From NCBI RefSeq assembly GCF_032444005.1, contig NC_091284.1, positions 94,240,001 through 94,304,000 on the forward strand: a DNA stretch of 64,000 nucleotides, given 5' to 3'. This stretch comes from Ranitomeya imitator. Lineage: Eukaryota. The notes beneath the pieces are model-generated. The model was not told where the DNA came from, made no database searches, and saw only the letters and a program-made list of their open reading frames with translations. Position numbers and translations under genes: made by a program. Shown here piece after piece: positions 23,160-37,079 of this stretch (the first letter of the stretch is position 1; every line of letters starts with the position of its first letter).

Positions 23160-26100
23160 GTATAGGGTACCCACTGGACAACGATTAAATGCATAGCAGA
23201 GTGCGACGAATCAATAGACAACCTTGGCACAATCACATTACTAAAAAGCTTTGGCAAGTATCCAGAATTGCAGAACAGCGTTGGAAGAAAACACATTCGC
23301 AAGATGATTTCACTGCACTCAAACAAGCAACACTCGCATTCAAATCCGCTCTCACCTCTGCTAAACAGGTCTGCTTCACAATCCTTGTATCTTCCTTAGC
23401 CCACAACATTTGTTCAACACTTAACGCCCTTCTCCGCCCACCACTGCCCCTTCAACTTCCCTAATCTCTGCCGAGGACTTTGCCACACACTTCAAAAATA
23501 AGATAGACCAAACAAGGCAAGTCTTTGCTGTTCGAATACCAAAACCCCTTTGTATGCCAGACCAATGCCCTAACCCCATAACTTCCCTCTCCAAAATCAC
23601 TGAAGGCGAGCTTGCTCATCTTCTCTCCAAATCACACCTCACCACTTGTGCACTTGACCCCATCCCATCTCCTCCCCAACCTCACCACTACACTTATCCC
23701 ATCTCTTTAGTCTATCACCAACTTCTGGTACCTTACCCTCTGCCACAATCACACCTAACCTCAAAAAGCCTTCCCTTGACCCGAGCGCTATGTCCAGCTA
23801 TCGCTCCATTTCTTTGCTCCCATTTGCTTCCAAACTCCTTGAGTAGCACATCCTGAACTTTCATCTCACCTTGCATCTAACTAGCTCTTCAATCTGGCTT
23901 CCATCCCCACCATTCCACGGAGACTGCCCTGACCAAAATTACTAACGACCTACATACAGCCAAAGCGAACAGACAATTCTCTATACTCCTACTTCTATAC
24001 CTGTCCTCTGCCTTCGACACAGTTGACCATTGCCTCCTACTACAGGTCCTCTCTTCCTTTGGTGTCAAAGACCTCGCCCTATCCTGGATCTCCTCATACC
24101 TTCCAACCGCACATTTAGCATTTCCTACTCCCATACTACCTCTTCATCTCGCCCTTTCTCTGTTGGTGTCCCTCAAGGCTCTGTCCTAGGACCTCTTTTC
24201 TCAATCTATACCCTTGGCCTGTGACAACTCAAAGTCCTATGGCTTCCAGTACCATCTATATGATGATGACACTCAGATCTACTTCTCTGGCCCAGATGTC
24301 ACCTCTCTGCTCTCCAGAATCCCAGAGTGTATCAGCCATATCCTTCTCCTCTCGCTTCCTCAAACTCAATGTGGACAAATCAGAACAAATTTTCTTTCCT
24401 CCATCTCGCACACCTTCCCTACCTGATATATCTATCACAATAAATGTATTCACACTCTCCCCTGTCCCGGTAATCCGCTGCCTCGGAGTAACCCTTGACT
24501 CTGCTATGTCCTTCAAACCACACATCCAAGATCTCGCCACCTCCAGCTCAAAAATATTTCCAGAATCCGTCCTTTCCTCAACCCTCACTCTACCAAAATG
24601 CTTGTGCATGCCCTAATCATCTCCCGCCTCGACTACTGCAACATCCTCCTTTGTGGCCTACCTTCTAACATTCTCACACCCCTCCAGTCCGTCCTTAACT
24701 CTGCTGCCCGACTAATTAATCTCTCTCCTCGCTACACTCCTGCTTACCCTCTTTGCAAATCACTGCAATTTCCAAGCGTATCCAGTTTAATAATAATAAT
24801 AATAGTAATAATTTTATTCATATAGCGCCAACATATTCCGCAGCGCTTTACAAATTATAGAGGGGACTTGTACAGACAATAGACATTACAGCATAACAGA
24901 AATCACAGTTCAAAATAGATACCAAGAGGAATGAGGGCCCTGCTCGCAAGCTTACAAACTATGAGGAAAAAGGGAGACACGAGAGGTGGATGGTAACAAT
25001 TGCTTTACTTATTCGGACCAGCCATAGTGTAAGGCTCAGGTGTTCATGCAAAGCTGCATGAACCAGTTAACTGCCTAATTATGTAACAGTACAGACACAG
25101 AGGGCTATTAACTGCATAAAGTGTATGAAAACATGATGCGAGGAACCCAATTATGTTTTTGTTTTTTGAATGGGCCACACGGATAGTTAGGTTAATGCGT
25201 TGAGGCGGTAGGCCAATCTGAACAAATGAGTTTTTAGGGCACGCTTAAAACTGTGGGGATTGGGGATTAATCGTATTAACCTAGGTAGTGCATTCCAAAG
25301 AATCGGCACAGAACGTGTAAAGTCTTGGAGACGGGAGTGGGAGGTTCTGATTATTGGGGATGCTAACCTGAGGTCCTTAGCAGAGCGGAGGGCACGGGTA
25401 GGGTGGTAGACTGAGACCAGAGAGGAGATGTAGGATGGTGCTGAGCCATGGAGTGCTTTGTGGATGAGGGTAGTAGTTTTGTACTGGATTCTTGAGTAAA
25501 CAGGTAACCAGTGTAATGACTGGCACAAGGTAGAGGCATCGGTGTAATGGTTGGTGAGGAATAATGATCCTGGCTGCAGCATTCAGGACAGATTGGAGCG
25601 GGGAGAGTTTGGTAAGACGGAGGCCGATTAGTAGAGAGTTACAATAGTCCAGATGGGAATGAAAAAGTGAAACAGTAAGAGTTTTTTGCAGAGTCGAAAG
25701 TAAGAAAAAGGCGAATTCTAGAAATGCTTTTGAAATGCAGATAAGAAGAGCGAGCCAGTGATCGGATGTGGGGGGCGAATGAAAGCTCAGAATCAAGTAT
25801 GACCCCAAGGCAGCGGGCATGTTGCTTTGGAGTAATGGTGGAACCGCACACGGAGATGGCAATGTCAGGCAAAGGTAGGTTAATAGAGGGAGAAAACACG
25901 AGGAGTTCAGTTTTTGACAGGTTCAATTTCAGATAGAGGGAGGACATGATGTTAGAGACAGCGCTAAGACAATCACTGGTGCTTACTAAAAAGGTCGGCG
26001 TGATAACAGGAGAAGAAGTGTATAATTGGGTGTCGTCAGCATAGAGATGGTACTGGAATCCAAATCTACTGATTGTTTGTCCAATAGGGGCAGTATACAA

Positions 26101-26872
26101 AGAAGAGGAGGGGGTCTAGGACTGATCCTTGAGGAACTCCAACAGTAAGGGGAAGGTGAGAGGAGGAACCAGCATAAGATACAGTGAATGATCGGTCAGA
26201 GAGGTAGGAGGAGAACCAGGAGAGAACGGTGTCCTTGAGGTCGATGGAGCGGAGCATAGCGAGGAGGAGCTGATGATCCACAGTGTCGAATGCTGCGGAG
26301 AGATTCAAGAGAATTAGCATGGAGTAGTGACCATTAGATTTAGCGGTTAGTAGTAGTTTAAACTACTAACACTGACCTACAAAGCCATCCATAACTTTTC
26401 TTCTCCTTATATTTCCGAACTAATCTCTCAATATCTTCCCTCACGTAATCTCCGGTCCTCCAAACACCTCCTTGTCTCCTCCACGCTTATTCGCTCCTCA
26501 CCCAACTGCCTCCTAGACTTCTCCCGAATATCCCCCATCATCTGGAATTCTGTGGCCCAACACGTCCGATTATCCACCACATTTGGATCCTTGAAACGGA
26601 ACCTGAAAACCCATCTTTTCAAAGGAGCTTACAACCTGTAATGGCCACACGACCACCTCAACATCATTGAAGCTACTGCTACCTCCGACCTACAGTCTAC
26701 TTGACCATAATCCTGTAGAAGGTAAGCCCGCAAGCGCAGGGTCATCTCCCGTCTGTATCAGTCTGCCATTGTTAGTTTTGTCTACTGTAAGTGATATTTG
26801 TATTTTGATGTAACCCCGTCTAATGTACAGCACCATAGAATTAATGGTGCCATATAAATTAATAATAATAAT
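23160..26872 (+). mobile_element. L2-clade LINE, 5' truncated and degenerate, split by a nested L2
   Basis: QPWHN..., SYRPISLL-like, [11 protein letters not shown]-like, [22 protein letters not shown] and ALIISRLDYCN motifs; continues after 26361 to a (TAA)n tail at ~26872. Confidence 0.9.
24791..26354 (-). mobile_element. Nested antisense L2-clade LINE, 5' truncated
   Basis: [29 protein letters not shown] and HLDYCNSLL motifs; (TAA)n-type tail at 24791; 7-bp duplication AGTTTAA at 24784-90 and 26355-61. Confidence 0.9.
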
Positions 26873-27934
26873 AAAATGGCCTATGTAAATTAAAGCCCAA
26901 TTTCTAGTTAAAACCCCTTGTGCATAATCTAAAACATCGGAGCCCATTTCTGTTCACTAACCCCACTTCTGCACCAAGATCGCTTCCTCCTTAGCGGTTC
27001 CTGCATTGATGACCACAAGGTCTATACATGTAGGAAACATAACAGGGCTGATTTATTAATTTTTAGACAACCTCAACTTAGACCCGACAGTCTGAAAATG
27101 TAGCAAAATTCTGATAGTGGTTCATGTAGTATCAGGTTTGTTGCTTCTTTCCACCACCTGCTGGTTAGCTTAGTATGAGCCAAAATTTTGGTGATTGGAT
27201 ACACATTTAAAAAAACAAAAAAAAAAAAAGAAAAAAGGGGGTAGATAAGGTATGGGCACACATACCAGCCTTTTGGGACAAATTGTGGCAGAATTCTAGT
27301 GCATTTAGCTTAGCAAGTCTCCCAAGTATCTGATCACCGGTAGTGATGGCTGGAGGAGTGCCAAGACTAAAACTTTGCACCGGTTATCATCAAAGTACAA
27401 GAGGTCTTGTTTTCTATTTAGCTTCAGCCTCATTAAACTCTTCAGACCCGGAATGTCCTTGGTGTCTTAGCCATAGAAAGGTTGACCACGACCCATCCAA
27501 GGTGTAAAGAGGCACCTCAGTTTGGAGATAAGCAATTCAATTTGTACTGAGCTAAATTGGGATCCAATCCGGTCCTCTGTGGCAGCTGGTCCTCATTTCT
27601 ATGCCCTGCATCCTGGGCATCTCTTCCCTAACTGGGTATCACACGTGATGATGCACCCAGGTGCTGAGCTCAGAGGTCTGGACCCCGGACCAAGGCAGCA
27701 AATATTTATATTCCTCATCTCTAACCCAGTTTAGAAAGACTGGGCATCTGGAATTTAACATGCCCAATCCTACATTCTGCCATGTTCATTTGGGTAGGCA
27801 ATTAAAGCTATAATGACAGGTTCAAGATTTGCCTATGACAAACCCAAAAGGATTCCCTCCCCCTCCCCAAGAAACGGCTGCAGAAATCAGAAACTTGCAT
27901 TTCTACAGCAGATGTCACAGCGTAACCATACATA

Positions 27935-29489
27935 CACTGTGTGCAGAATTATTAGGAAAGTTGTATTTTGATCACAAGATACTTTTTATACATGTTGTCC
28001 TACTCCAATGTTGTTCATGCTTGAGAGCCAACTACCAATTAAGTAAATCAGAGGAGATGTGTAATGAGGAGGGGTGTTGTCTAATGACATCAGAACCCTA
28101 TATAAGGTGTGCTTAATTATTAGGCAACTTCCTTTCCTTTGGCAAAATGGGTCAGAAGAGAGATGTGATGGGCTCTGAAAAGTCCAAAAAAATTGTGAGA
28201 AGTCTTGCAGAGGGATGTAGAAGTCTTGAAATTGCCAAACTTTTGAAGCGTGATCACCGAACAATCAAGTGTTTCATGGCAAATTGCCAACAGGGTCGCA
28301 AGAAGCGTGTTGGGCAAAAAAGACGCAAAATAACTGCCCATGAATTGAGGAAAATCAAGCGTGAAGCTGCCAAGATGCCATTTGCCACCAGTTTTGCCAT
28401 ATTTCAGAGCTGCAACGTTACTGGAGTAACAAAAAGCACAAGGTGAGCGATACTCAGGGATATGGCCAAGGTAAGGAAGGCTGATAAAGGACCACCTTTG
28501 AACAAAAAACATAAGAAAACGTCAAGACTGGGCCAAGAAATATCTTAAGACTGACTTTTCAAAGGTTTTATGGACTGATGAAATGAGAGTGACTCTTGAT
28601 GGGCCAGATGGATGGGCCAGAGGCTGGATCAGTAAAGGGCAGAGAGCTCCACTCCGACTCAGACGCTGGCAAGGTGGAGGTGGGGAACTGGTATGGGCTG
28701 GGATCAAAGATGAACTTGTGGGACCTTTTCGGGTTGAGGATGGAGTGAAGCTCAACTCCCAGACCTACTGCCAGTTTCTGGAAGACAACTTCTTCAAGCA
28801 GTGGTACAGGAAGAAGTCGGTATCGAAGAACATGATTTTCATGCAGGACAATGCTCCATCACATGCCTCCAACTACTCCACAGCGTGGCTGGCCAGTAAA
28901 GCTCTCAAAGAAGAAAAAATAATAGCATGACCCCCTTGTTCACCTGATCTGAACCCCATAGAGAACCTGTGGTCCCTCATAAAATGTGAGATCTACAGGG
29001 AGGGAAAACAGTCCACCTCTGGGAACAGTGTCTGGGAGGCTGTGGTGGCTGCTGCACGCAATGTTGATCATAAACAGATCACGCAACTGACAGAATCTAT
29101 GGATGGAGGCTGCCGAGTGTCATCATAAAGAAAGGTGGCTATATTGGTCACCAATTTTGGGGGGGTTGTTTTTACATGTCAGAAATATTTATTTCTAAAT
29201 TTTGTGCAGTTGTATTGGTTTACCTGGTGAAAATAAACAAGTGAGATGGGAATATATTTGGTTTTTATTGAGTTGCCTAATAATTCTGCACAGTAAGAGT
29301 TACCTGCACAAACAGATATCCTGCTAAGATAGCCAAATCTAAAAAAAAAAAAAAAAAAACACTCCAGCTTCCAAAAATATTACGCTTCGATATTTATGAG
29401 TCTTTTGGGTTGATTGAGAACATAGTTGTTGATCAATAATAAAAATAATCCTCTAAAATACAACTTGCCTAATAATTCAGCACGCAGTG
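27935..29489 (+). mobile_element. Tc1-like transposon, DD37E (TRT-like), IR/DR ends
   Basis: TA|CACTGTGTGCAGAATTATTAGG...CCTAATAATTCAGCACGCAGTG|TA; inner direct repeats at ~28108-28128 and ~29273-29291. Confidence 0.92.
28147..29152 (+). pseudogene. DD37E transposase pseudogene
   Basis: MGQKRD..., WTDEMRVTLDGPDGW, MQDNAPSHAS...SPDLNPIENLW with 37 residues between the second D and E; stops at ~28444 and ~28928, plus frameshifts. Confidence 0.92.
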
Positions 29490-31508
29490 TAGATCATACC
29501 AATGACAATCAATCTGCTTTTTTCATATTATTCCTATTGCACGGGAATAGGGCGATAGCCCCCTAGTCCGGACAGAATCTTGTACATGGTTGTTGGCTAC
29601 ATCTTCACTCTGTCAATCACTATTGGCGTCTTACATCAACGTCCAATCTACTTTTTCACGCCGCTATGAAACAAGCAGGGTTACCAACTCTTTTTTTTTT
29701 CTGAACCGATTATAATAAAATTTACGGACCAAAAACATTCTTAATGAATACATTGAAAAACCATAAGTTATTAAGATTGCAAGTTTTGCCTGCAGCCTGT
29801 CAAGGCGAAGCGGTGAACTGTACAATGAAAATTACAGTCAATGATTTGTACAGGTTTCCCCACGTTAAAAAAAAAATTAAAAGATGGGAAAAATGCCCTA
29901 TATTTACGGACAGCCCTGTCATGTAAGGAAGGTTGGCATCGCTGGAAGGAGGAACATTAAACCAGAAAGGGACACATTCCCCCCATCCTTTAATTCTAAA
30001 ATAATGTGGGCCCGATGAGCAGGACCTGAGCAATGTATAGGAGGTCACCGTACACCGGCATCCTGCAGGATACAAGCCTCCGCTGCATTTCCTCCACTAC
30101 AGACTCATTCTACACAGGAAGAAGCTCTGTACTCCGTGTGATCCTGCGAGAAAACATGTTGTTTAGCCGCCAGCGTGACAGATGCAAATCTGCTTGTAAA
30201 ACGCTTTCTATCCCTGTGCTCGGAGCAAATGACTGCATTAATTGCTGCTCATGAACAATAAGCCGTCTTGTGCGTCTCGCATGAGAATCTGTTCCAGGAT
30301 GAAGCCGCATAAGCCTGGAAATTTACGTGGAAAACGTCTATGGATTGGTATCCTGTCTCCGCTACCCTACCATGCTCCGAACACCAGACTAGATCATGGA
30401 AAATAAATAAATAAATGGTCCAGGATTATAACATGGGTCAGAGTTTTTTCCAGTACACACAGAAATATAAAAAAAACTCACAAAAACATAATACTAAAAA
30501 TAATAGAACAGATGACACTCACCTTCCCAGTACCTACTGGTCCCGTGCTAATACTGCCTTGGGTCCCCCTGTCAGTCCCAGAAGTGCATGTGCCCACCAC
30601 AGCCAAATACCATTTACACAGGTGACAAAAGAATCATTACTTCGGCCTGTGATTGGCTGCACCGGTCACGGTCTCAGTCCAGAAACAACAAGCAATTGCT
30701 GCAGCCAATCACTATTCACAGCAGTGATACTTCATTTACCCTGTGGATAGATAATTGGTGGCAAAGTTCACATTCCCATCTGGACAGCCAGGGGACTCAG
30801 GCACTGTTAGAATGGGAGTGACAATCGGTAAAAAATAATATTAATTATTATATAGGTGTGGAACACTTTTTACATTGGCAACCCCCTTTTCTTGCAGCAA
30901 TGTGTATGACTGTAACCTCCTAGTAATTATAATGGTCCTCGTCATCGGATCTCCTCACTCACATTCTAGCCTTCTGCGCCCATCGTATGTTAGCGGTCAT
31001 ATTTTCATGCAGAATATGCACATAACACACCGTGCAATGCACATGAATGAGGTTTCCCAAAATCCCACGCTCATGCAGGAGGGGGGAGGGGGAAAATCCG
31101 GGCCATCAGATTATTTTCCTAATATGTTGCAGACGCCACCTATTGTAATGCAATGTCAAATATATTTATCGTTACAGGAGGGGTTAATATTAGTGGAGCC
31201 CTCAGTACAGTTCTTTACAAGCCAATATCCTCAAGGAGATAATTTCTTATTTTAAGCCTACTTGTGCAGCGCCCAACCCGCAGCCTCCAGATGTTACAGT
31301 ATAGTGGATGGGATTTCAAGAAATCTTATGTCCACTATGCGTCCAGAGACTACTGCGGCTCACCCGCGGAGAATGACATGCAGCGCGTCTCTCCAGACTG
31401 CATCATGTCAACTTCTCTTGCGAAGACGATGGTCTCCGCAAGAGAAATTCCCCTATACAATATATTAGATGCGGTGAATCCGCACGGTTCAGTGATCACA
31501 TGTGGAAT

Positions 31509-32325
31509 TGTGGCGCCCCAGGGTCCTGGTCATCACAGTAGCATTGCTTCCCTCACGGGGAGAGTGATGTTACGCTTGAAGGCAAGAAGGGATAACTGTA
31601 ACCAGGTACCACAAACATACAACACATTCACACTCCAGGGCACCACGGGGAGCTTTAGATCCTATTCACTAGGTGACTCCCCATAAATATATAACTGGTA
31701 GTCGGTAGGGAAAGTCAGTCAGTTCCAGGAAGGTCCAGTCGGTTCTTGCCAGGAAACAGACTGGATCAGTCTGAGGAGAGAAGCAGGGTTCACGGAGCTG
31801 TGCAGCAGCTCCTGGAAAGAGACATTCAGAAAGCCGAAAACATTGCAGAGAGCTTGCAGAAGAAAAAAGCACAAGAGAGAATACCAGGGGGAGACCAGCC
31901 CTGAGCAGGCTGCCTCCTTCTCAGGTGCAGATACCAGTAGCCGGAATACCGAGGTTGTAAGGACCTCTATGACATATCAGAGACCGGCAGGATAGCTGAA
32001 CTCCAAGTTACCTGTCTGACCTAACACCCAGGAGGCACGGTGGTACCCCTCAGAGGCCAGGGAGTGCTAGAGTCCCTATAAACAGCCTCAAGCCACCAGT
32101 CATACAGGTTATGTCCTAGCCTATCCGGGGGACAGAGAGAGAGACAACATCTGTGAGGACCTTATCTGAAGCCCCAGGCAGTAAGGGACTACAACACCTC
32201 TGTGAACCGAAGGACCCGATACCGAGTACCCCACGGCCCAGGCGGGCGACTCAGAATCACCTGCGTTCAGTAGACAGCAGCGCTTTGGACTCAGTGAACA
32301 TGCGCTGCATCCAAGGCGCTGCCAG
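31509..32325 (+). mobile_element. Probable solo LTR (Gypsy-type)
   Basis: Starts TGTGGCGCCCC and ends near GGCGCTGC(C)A (imperfect inverted termini); no TSD identified. Confidence 0.45.
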
Positions 32326-32351
32326 TTCCAGATAGTTGGCACATACCCTCA

Positions 32352-32519
32352 GGGCCTATTCACACGTCAGTATTTTGCATCAGAGTTTGTTTGCCAACAT
32401 CAGGAGTGGAATTTATAGAGAAAAACTATAATTGAAAGATAGACTCCCATTCTGTGATTTGGAGACAATCCTGGTTTAGGCATAAAATACTGAGAAAATA
32501 CTGATGTGTGAATAAGGCC
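32352..32519. mobile_element. Short PIF/Harbinger-type MITE
   Basis: GGGCCTATTCACAC...GTGTGAATAAGGCC|TAA. Confidence 0.6.
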
Positions 32520-33277
32520 TAAATATTACATTGCCAAAGGCAACAACAGAGGTAAGAACAGGGATCTGCTGGAAGTTATAACCAAACTGTAATTTCATCT
32601 AAACATTACCTGCAAAGTATGAAAATGAAAAGTAAAGCTTGCACCTGGATTATCATCAACATGAAAGCTTGGAGCCGCCGTCTGCGGGATGTAATCTTTG
32701 CACACTGCAGGCCTGTAACGATAGAAACGTTGGCCACACAATGACATCATGGGCCGAGCCTGTATACAGCAGTCGCCCCACAGGTGCGTGCGGCGGGAAC
32801 AGGCCCATCTAAGATTACAGAATTAATCATTTACCTCCATAATAAGATACAGGTGCGGTTGTAAAAGAGACATCTGTACTTTACAAGGCGGAAGCAACAC
32901 AAGCAAAACTGCCAGGGAAAATGGAGCGGTATTATCAGTACATTAACAATAATCACTATCGGGGGACTCCAAGACAGAGGAGCACTTATTGGGAAAATCT
33001 ATCTTCGCAGTGCTGTCCTCAGAAGTTCAGTATGAAGAAGAAGAAAAGACAAAACTGCAGAAAAAAACAGATCCATTCTATGAAGGATGGAAACTACGCC
33101 AGACGGACCCTACTCACTATAATGGGGGCGTTTGGTTTCCATTTGAAAAGCCATAATCATAACGGGGGAAAAAAAATGTAGCTATATACATATTTTTTTT
33201 TATTTATTTAATATCAGTAGGCCGACCGGACCTCGGCAATCTGCACGCTTTCTGGCCAGAGCTAGAACATTCAGTAA

Positions 33278-33664
33278 GGGTATGTGTCCACCTTCAGGAT
33301 GGCCGGCGGTATCGTCGGAGCGGCTTTGCCGCTCTGCGCTAAGCCCCGCCCCCTTCTGGGACGCGATGATCCCGGATGTGTTCATAGCACACATCCGGGA
33401 TCATCGCTCCCCACCATAGCGCCCTGTGCTATATCTTGCGGCGACGCAGCGTCGCCGCAAGATATACGGACATGCTGCGATCTGAAAAGACGCGCAGCAT
33501 GTCCGGAGTCGCAGGGCCGCCGCGTGCGTGTTACCACGCATAGTGGAGACGGGATTTCATTCAATCCCCTCCACTATGCTGTAAGATCTGGACGCTGCGT
33601 GTCTGATGCTGCGGCTCTATGCAGCGTCAGACACGCAGCGTTTCCTGCACGTGGAAACATACCC
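33278..33664. mobile_element. PIF/Harbinger-type MITE
   Basis: TAA TSD (33275-77, 33665-67); TIR GGGTATGT(G/T)TCCAC. Confidence 0.85.
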
Positions 33665-33966
33665 TAAGGGTTAATTCAGACATCAGGGTTTTTTTGCATC
33701 CAAGTTCTGGGTTTTTACGGAAAGCACTTCTACTTCATACAGTATAGTCTATAGGTTTGGACCACACAAAAATCGCACAGAAATGCCCAATACTGATCCG
33801 AGTGTTGGATCAAAATCAGCAACGCCAGGTTATGGGTCCCTGAAAAAGAAAAGGAAAAGAATTCTTGAAACCCCTTCCCCCCCCACCCCCCATTTCTCAT
33901 CAGAGAGAAAAAAAAAAAAAAAAAGGATGGAACTGAATAAAATCATTGATGAAAAAGTCGGACTAA

Positions 33967-34379
33967 GGCTTCTTTCACACTAGCGTCAGGCCCGGCCCGT
34001 CGCAGTGCGTCGGGCCGAGGTTACTGACGCTAGCGTTGCCTCTGCCGCACAACGGGTGCAGCTTTTCAGCGCATCCGCTGCCCCATTGTGAGGTGCGGGG
34101 AGGTGGGGGAGGAGTTCCGGCCGCGCATGCGCGGTCGGAAAAGACGGTCCGTCGGCTGCAAAAAATGTTACATGGAACGTTTTTTGCGGCCGACGGTCGG
34201 CCGAAACACGGCGCAACCGTCGCGCGACGGTTGCGACGTGTGGCAATCCGTCGCAATGCGTCACGTAATGTTAGTCAATGGAGAAAAAACGCATCCTGCA
34301 AACACTTTTGCAGGATGCGTTTTTTCTGCAAAACGACGCATTGTGACGGATTGCAGTTAACGCTAGTGTGAAAGTAGCC
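33967..34379. mobile_element. PIF/Harbinger-type MITE (GGCTACTTTCACACTAGCG family)
   Basis: TAA TSD (33964-66, 34380-82); same family as 43511-43931. Confidence 0.88.
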
Positions 34380-35360
34380 TAAGTCACTGACGTCTGAGCG
34401 AGAATCATATTGCGAAAAAGATACAAGAAAGTTGTGAACTGCTCCGATATTTCCACTTTGTTACATACAGTCATTGAGACTTTAGGCAGTGGATACGTAC
34501 AACTGATTTCAGTGTACGGTGTTAGTTATACATTTTTTTAGAGGACAGACATGGGAATGGATAACGCTGTATGTCCATCTCTGCTGACGTATTCCTGCAG
34601 TTAGGAATGATGGTGATTGAAGCCGTGGTGGAACTGTAAAAGTGGGGGGGCTAGGATTGCACTTTAACAAAAGCACAGAAAGGCACTGGAAAATATGGGG
34701 GGGGGGGGGCTTGTGACATTTATGCTGATTGTATCAATTTTTAATGAATTACTAATAATAAATAATTTTTATGGATATCATGGAGCTGGACCTTCCTTCG
34801 TGATGGATTCCATAGTAAGATCCTCATCCGTTGCCGTCTGCCGTTTCCAGCGCCGCTCCTCCTCTAGATCCCGTGTTCGCAGTTGTGACTAGTCCGTACA
34901 CTCCAGTGCTTGATGTGTGGACCAGAAATCACTTCTCAGTGTAAGTCTACAAGATTTAGGACGAAGCTCATAGATTTACAATAAGAGGGGGAGTATCAGT
35001 CAGTGCTGCACTCACAAGATGGAGCAAAGTTATTGCAGCTGCGCTGGAAACGGCAGACGGCAGCGACTGGTAAATATTTTCCTACTCACATGGAACATAC
35101 ATTATAGATACGCAACCGATGGGGATATGAAAAAATCCAGTATAACAGCAATCAGTAATTGTTAGTTCAGAGCACATAGTCTACCACTGTAGTCGGCAGC
35201 GCAGGATGATGTGCTGCCGAGAAGGACAATTTTTTTAAAGCGACCTTAAAAATCACTTTAACTGATGAATGAGCGTTTTGCTAGTTTATCAGGCGATTGG
35301 CTCCTGTTTACACAGGATGGTCGCAGGAACGCTTGTTCACAATATATTGGTCTGTGTTTG

Positions 35361-36165
35361 CACAGTCACACGTCTGTACCCCGAGAGCGTCATAGGCTAC
35401 GTTGTGAGGCGAAATTTTAACCCCGCGCGTTCCAATTCACCAAACAATTTTGCCCCTATCTACATAATGGGGAAAAAAGTGAAAGGAAAAGTGTTGGAGG
35501 CGTCGCAGCTACAGAAACAAAATTTTGCACAGTCACACGTCTGGACCCTGAGAGCGTCATAGGCTTCGTTGTGAGGTGAAATTTTAACCCCGCGCTTTCC
35601 AATTCACCAAACAATTTTGCCCCTATCTACATAATGGGGAAAAAGGTGAAAGAGAAATGGTGGAGGCGTCGAAGCTACAGCCACAAAATTTTGCACAGTC
35701 ACACGTCTGGACCCTGAGAGCGTCATAGGCTACGTTGCGAGGTGAAATTTTAACCCCGCGCGTTCCAATTCACCAAACAATTTTGCCCCTATCTACATAA
35801 TGGGGAAAAAAGTGAAAGGAAAAGTGTTGGAAGCGTCGCAGCTACAGCAACAAAATTTTACACAGTCACACGTCTGGACCCCGAGAGCGTCATAGGCTAC
35901 GTTGTGAGGTGAAATTTTAACCCCGCGCTTTCCAATTCACCAAACAATTTTGCCCCTATCTACATAATGGGGAAAAAGTGAAATGAAAAGTGTTGGAGGC
36001 GTCGCAGCTACAGCCACAAAATTTTGCACAGTCACACGTCTGGACCCTGAGAGCGTCATAGGCTACGTTGTGAGGTGAAATTTTAACCCCGCGCTTTCCA
36101 ATTCACCAAACTATTTTTCCCCTATCTACATAATGGGGAAAAGTGAAAGGAAAAGTGTTGGAGGC
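35361..36165. repeat. 166-167-bp tandem repeat, about 4.8 copies
   Basis: CACAGTCACACGTCTG anchor at 35361, 35528, 35694, 35861 and 36027. Confidence 0.95.
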
Positions 36166-37079
36166 AAATTGACAGCTGCCAGATGTGAACAAGGGGGACT
36201 TAAAGAGTGAGAGCGATGGCGCCAAAGAGTATATACCGTACAGTTGCTAAGGTGGGGCCCCGACATGAGATACTCACCACACACGGGGATATGAACACAC
36301 ACACAAAATGCGCCACACTCTACCACGTGCTTGAACACATATACCACCCTCAGCACACATTTCACCACACATACACCAACCTCGCCACATAAAAGTCGAA
36401 ACACAAAAGTCGCCGCTCAAAACTCACCACGCGCAAAACTCGCCACATGCAAAAACTAGGCTCACGCAAAACTCGCCACAAGTGCAAAACTCACCTCATG
36501 GAAAACTCGCCACACGCAAAACTTGCACACGCGGAAAAATTGCCACATGCACAAAATTTGCAACACATGCAAAAGTTGCCTCACACAAAACTTGCACATA
36601 CTCTAAAGGCACCAGACATAAAACTCACCACGTGCAAAACTCGCCATGCGCAAAACTTGCATGTGACAGGTTAGTGTAGCAAGTTGTGTGCAGCAACTCG
36701 ACACACAAAAAGTTGCTACACGCATGTTGCCACACAAAACTCATCTCACAAAAGTCGCTACATGCATGTCGCCACACACAACTCAACACACAACTTGACA
36801 GACGAAACTCGCCCTAAAACACACACAAGTCTGGTATTAGCCTTCAAAAATAAAAATCTGATTAATAAGCAGACAAACTACAAGAGCAACAAATATACCA
36901 TATAGGAAATACACCAGCTGTCAGTCACATGACCTGTCTATTATGTGTATGTGTGAGCTAATATATACTGCCAGGGGGAGGGCTTCCTGTTGGCTGGGGA
37001 TTTATCAGGCTGCCAATTTATCTTACAAATACTGAGGTAAAAATACTGAGCAAATAACGTGTTAACGAGGTCTAATACA

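Noticed and set aside
27290-27800. Possible L1 ORF2 C-terminal remnant (CPWC motif)
   Set aside because: Too degenerate to assign a strand or family by eye
32540-32640. Splice-like signals (minus acceptor CTTTGCAG, plus donor GTAAGA)
   Set aside because: All three frames after the acceptor hit stops within 5 codons; the plus donor follows a MITE
32710-32740. GGCC...GAAACGTT-GGCC hammerhead-like fragment
   Set aside because: It lacks the NUGANNA core and stem II
35361-36165. Possible retrozyme-type tandem array (167-bp units)
   Set aside because: No CUGANGA/GAAA hammerhead core on either strand of the unit
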